Source: Faecalibaculum rodentium
GTDB taxonomy: Bacteria; Bacillota_I; Bacilli_A; Erysipelotrichales; Erysipelotrichaceae
DNA: 32,000 nt
Direction of reading: 5' to 3'
NCBI RefSeq assembly: GCF_001564455.1
Contig: NZ_CP011391.1
Coordinates: 2,280,001-2,312,000 of the forward strand
Below, piece by piece: positions 25,429 through 32,000 of this stretch. A model generated the notes under the pieces. The model worked only from the letters and a program-made list of their open reading frames with translations, had not been told where the DNA came from and did no database searches. Position 1 is the stretch's first letter, and every line of letters begins with the position of its first letter. Both the position numbers and the translations under genes were made by a program.

Positions 25429-25728
25429 TCAGTTTCCCAGAATGCTTATGGCTTTTTTTAGAATCTTCAAAGCCTCCTGTGAGTCCCTGAGTTCTCGTTG
25501 AAGCCTGACATTTTCTTTGAGAAGGTCTTTTTCTTCCTTGTCATTATTATGAGCTGTCACAGCTGAAAGACCGGATCGGTTGAAATCTGCCCTCCATCTT
25601 TCCAGGGTGCTGCGGCCTACACCAAGTGTTTCAGCACATTCTATAACGGTCATTTCTGGATGGTTAGTCAAAAATTGAACCGCATCCTGCTTGAATTCAT
25701 CTGTAAATGTTTTACGTTTCTTTGCCAT
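25429..25728 (-). CDS. IS3-family transposase OrfA (HTH)
   Basis: MAKKRKTFTDEFKQDAVQFL...IECAETLGVGRSTLERW is the IS3/IS911 OrfA HTH. A leucine-zipper-like tail follows. The slippery sequence CTAAAAAAAGCC lies near its 3' end. Confidence 0.9.
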   Translation of the reverse strand: MAKKRKTFTDEFKQDAVQFLTNHPEMTVIECAETLGVGRSTLERWRADFNRSGLSAVTAHNNDKEEKDLLKENVRLQRELRDSQEALKILKKAISILGN

Positions 25729-25824
25729 AGATTTTCCTCTTTCATAGTGATTGTAGTTCTATGACATAGATACCGGTATTCTTAGAATCTCTAAATGGAC
25801 TGTCCGTAAATTATTCTAAGGTCA

Positions 25825-26691
25825 GGCATCAGGCCTGATCCCCAGAAGTTCACTCTGATGCTTGAGCAGATAGTATTCCGGAGACCCTTTTCGAGTTCCT
25901 TTCATCACACGGATCCTCACTCTGTTCAGGCTCTTCGTATATTCCTGGACCACATGGAACCTGTCCACGGCGAATATCGCTTTGGGAAAGAAAGTCGCAG
26001 CTATCTCCCTGTAGGGCCTGTACATATCGGACGAGATGTACTCCACTCTGTCTCTCTCGCTTCTGGGAAACTTTCGGAAATAAGCTGCCAGATACTCCTT
26101 TTTCCTGGAAGGGAGCACATCCACCGGGGACTGGGCATCGTAGTCCAGGAGCATGCATACATACTTTGAATCATCAGATTTGAAGGAATATGTTTCGTCG
26201 ATCTGCATCACCCTGCATAGTTTCACCGGCACAGGGTAACTTACACACATGTCGAATATCTTCATCACTGTCGTAGCTGAAACGTGATGACGCTCTCCTA
26301 CAGAAGCAAAAGTTTCATTTGGAGACCTGAGATCTTCGATGATTGCTTTTCCTGTCAATATGGAGATCCGCTGTCTTTTCATGGCGAAGGGATTGTCTTC
26401 TCCATAGGTGCGGTGGCAGTCTTTGCATTTGTAACGCCTGGCGTTGTAGATGAGAGTGCATTTGCGGTCTGTAAGGACATCATGGTTTATCACACGGGGA
26501 GTGTAGTTGAAAACGACGATGTTATGACCACCGCATCGGGGGCATTCAGGAAACGCAGGAACCAAAGTGACCTCCACAAGCATCTGACCGATGCCAGGGG
26601 AGGTCGATATGTTCTGGACCCTGGAAGCATCAAGACCGAACAGTTCAAGAGCTGTATTTTCCAGGGAATTTTTGACTTTTACAGCCATCAT
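25825..26691 (-). pseudogene. ISL3 transposase, N-terminal fragment (zf-ISL3 + HTH + start of DDE domain)
   Basis: CPRCGGHNIVVFNY...YKCKDC zinc finger. MQIDETYSFK (first D region). AVDRFHVVQ. Translation ends at a TGA supplied by the IS3 terminus (25822-25824). Confidence 0.85.
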
Positions 26692-26694
26692 TCA

Positions 26695-27306
26695 TCACCT
26701 CGATGACAGTATGGCGGAAGGCGGAACAGGTTCCGATGAGAGGAAGGTTGGAAAGACCATGGTCTTTCCCCACTGGGCTCCATTGGATACAGATGTATCA
26801 GAATTGCCATTGGTTTCGTACTGCAATCGCTGAATGAACTTTGGAACAAGAGAAAAGAAGCTCCTGAAACCGGATGATGGGAATTCCGGGAACCGACGAC
26901 GAAAATCCAGTACGAATCGGTACAGGGATGAGGATTCAGTATCTGGAGAGAAATCCGCCAGGCGCAGCGGCTCCCCTGCAGCAGACTTTTTCAGGGCCAT
27001 GGAGGCATCTTCGGTGGAAAACAGATAATAGGGTATGAAAATGTCGGGAAGGACCCGGTGGACGTGGCGGCAGTGTGGGCAACGGACGCGTCTTATTGAG
27101 ATGGTGAAAGTATCACAAGGCAGCTTAATGGTGCGGGGGACACTACCATGACAGTGAAGATCATGACCGCAAAAAGGGCAGACGAAGAGCTTTTCACTGG
27201 AGCAGAAGGCCTGGAAAAGCAGGTCATAGATCCTCTGCAGCATCTCCTGACTTGAGATATCGGAAAGTGATCGTATCTGATTCAGGCGTTTGTCTTTCGG
27301 GGACAC
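26695..27306 (-). CDS. Zinc-ribbon accessory protein (DUF6431-like), co-oriented with and 3 nt upstream of the ISL3 transposase
   Basis: CPFCGHDLHCHGSVPRTIKLPCDTFTISIRRVRCPHCRHVHRVLPDIFIPYYLFS has the C-x2-C ... HG ... R-x-x-C-x2-C-x-x-H ... LP...PY pattern I associate with DUF6431. The track start is a GTG, and the ATG at aa 22 is an alternative. Confidence 0.6.
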   Translation of the reverse strand: MSPKDKRLNQIRSLSDISSQEMLQRIYDLLFQAFCSSEKLFVCPFCGHDLHCHGSVPRTIKLPCDTFTISIRRVRCPHCRHVHRVLPDIFIPYYLFSTEDASMALKKSAAGEPLRLADFSPDTESSSLYRFVLDFRRRFPEFPSSGFRSFFSLVPKFIQRLQYETNGNSDTSVSNGAQWGKTMVFPTFLSSEPVPPSAILSSR

Positions 27307-27770
27307 AAACTTCTTGAAAACCCATGTGATTATCTGTAACGTAAAGGTTGCCTAACGGTGGGACAGAGCAAAGTAGGGTCGAAACTAGATTGCACTGTCT
27401 CTTTTTCTTTCTATACAGTGTATTGTGACCGAAAAGGCCTCAAGATAAAAGGAGTTGTTCTGACCTTCCACCTCACAGGCTGGATAGGACAGGAACAACT
27501 CCTTTTCAGTTTTACTGATTAAATTTGGAGGCTTGATTCGACCTCACAAATCTTTGGATATTCCATTTTTTCCGTTTATAACAAGAAAAAGGGGCTGTAA
27601 TCAGCCTACAGACCGTAAAACCGGCCTTACTGTTACAACCCCTATTGATTTGGGAAAGTTGCATTCTACTTCTGGAAGGTTTCCAACAGTTGGCTAAAAC
27701 CTCTGTAAACGCTTCTGTTAAATAGATCCACCTATAAGGAAAACCGGTACCCTTTCGGATGCCGGCTGTC

Positions 27771-27878
27771 TGTGTGGCCATTTGTTATTTTTGCCTTTCG
27801 GCTATCGTCACCGTCTCTGAGCTTGACTTCTGTGTTCGGGATGGGAACAGGTATTTCCTCAGCACTGTGATGACCACA
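27771..27878 (-). rRNA. rrf: 5S rRNA (short, ~108 nt, with an atypical 3' domain)
   Basis: The reverse complement reads UGUGGUCAUCACAGUGCUGAGGAAAUACCUGUUCCCAUCCCGAACACAGAAGUCAAGCUCAGAG..., which aligns to the 5' two-thirds of bacterial 5S. Helix I closes with ...AUGGCCACACA. Confidence 0.75.
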
Positions 27879-27973
27879 TCTTCCGGAATCATCTCTTCCA
27901 GGTCACTCCCTGAAAACCGTACATGATATGTCTTTCGTTTCCTGTCTTTCCGCAAAGCTGCGGGCTTCTTCTT

Positions 27974-30857
<2,884 letters not shown>

Positions 30858-31090
30858 TGATTCTCTCAAACGTTTTTCGTGCTTTCTTCGAGATATTTTT
30901 CTCAGAACTGTTTCTTCTCTGTTCTTTTCTTTCTCTCAGTTTCTTTCTATTTCTCCACAACTTTACTTCAGACCTTCTGTTGTCTTTCATATCGTTGTAC
31001 GGTTTTCAAAGATCGACCCTGGAAGACACTCTTCCAAAACCGGACAGGAACCACTCTGCTCTTTTTCCTTTTCCCCTGTACTTTCTCCTT

Positions 31091-32000
<910 letters not shown>

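Larger units (their letters stand above)
24321..25824 (-). mobile_element. IS3-family element (orfA/orfB with -1 frameshift), inserted in the ISL3 transposase gene
   Basis: TG...CA termini. Imperfect IRs share the core ACGGACA(C/G)T..TTTAGAGA (24339-24360 versus the reverse complement of 25785-25807). 3-bp duplication GGC at 24318-24320 and 25825-25827. Removing the element plus one GGC restores an in-frame 476-aa ISL3 transposase (…LLGIRPDA|WYRDRTGKK…). Confidence 0.85.
23671..27563 (-). mobile_element. ISL3-family element (accessory ORF + transposase), inserted in the 3' non-coding end of the IS1182 element
   Basis: 23-bp terminal IRs: GGCGCTCTAAAGTTTTGTGAGGT (23671-23693) versus the reverse complement of 27541-27563, GAATATCCAAAGATTTGTGAGGT (17/23). 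8-bp target-site duplication CATTTTTT at 23663-23670 and 27564-27571, matching the 8-bp duplication known for ISL3. Confidence 0.8.
21848..27663 (+). mobile_element. IS1182-family element carrying a nested ISL3::IS3 insertion
   Basis: Terminal inverted repeats TGCAACTTTCCCAAATCAATAGGGGCTGTAACAG (21848-21881) and its reverse complement at 27630-27663 (33/34 identical). Flanking 6-bp direct repeat TTCTAC at 21842-21847 and 27664-27669. Confidence 0.85.

Noticed and set aside
27758-27770. Third copy of the 12-mer GCCGGCTGTCTG (also in the two repeats flanking the TA cassette)
   Set aside because: Only the 12-mer is shared, not the CCATAACGGG loop. It sits in the hairpin region after the 5S rRNA and most likely reflects similar GC-rich terminator stems. 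It does not look like a third copy of the cassette boundary.
27512-27781. 89-aa minus-strand ORF
   Set aside because: It spans the ISL3 right IR, the IS1182 right IR, the flanking DNA and the 3' end of the 5S rRNA. This is not a coherent coding unit.
30858-31090. Possible tRNA genes in the 16S-23S spacer
   Set aside because: The ~230-nt spacer is pyrimidine-rich on the plus strand. It has no T-loop (GGTTCGAATCC-like) or acceptor-stem signature, so I call no tRNA.

Overview
High-GC chromosomal segment, Firmicutes-like. The 16S signature and the unusually short 5S look Erysipelotrichia-like, but this is unverified. Long spurious antisense ORFs occur throughout. Bases 1-20400 are mostly housekeeping or accessory genes: a lipid-kinase fragment, a DMT permease, a C39-like peptidase, a short pyruvate-kinase-like protein, two ArAE/FUSC-like membrane proteins, a TVP38 protein, a YxeA-like lipoprotein, a DinJ-like/YoeB toxin-antitoxin cassette, csoR-copA copper resistance, a GH20 hexosaminidase followed by a GNAT-MurQ fusion, a HAD hydrolase and a mini kinase-like protein. 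Three parts stand out. (1) Bases ~3490-5950 are a lower-GC IS607-type insertion. Its serine-recombinase tnpA overlaps (ATGA) a 473-aa TnpB-related gene. That protein keeps RuvC-I Asp and RuvC-II Glu, has no zinc ribbon, has His where the RuvC-III Asp should be, and is followed by a ~185-nt hairpin-dense non-coding tail. This is my best candidate for an undescribed RNA-guided system. (2) Bases 20400-21847 are a strongly AT-rich islet. It carries a secreted-protein gene split by one in-frame TAA. (3) Bases 21848-27663 are a three-level nested insertion: an IS3-family element inside the transposase of an ISL3-family element, which sits inside the 3' end of an IS1182-family element. All three junctions can be resolved with target-site duplications. 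The ISL3 element also carries a zinc-ribbon (DUF6431-like) accessory ORF. The window ends in a minus-strand rrn operon: 5S, 23S and a partial 16S, with no tRNA in the spacer. No CRISPR array or tRNA gene was seen.
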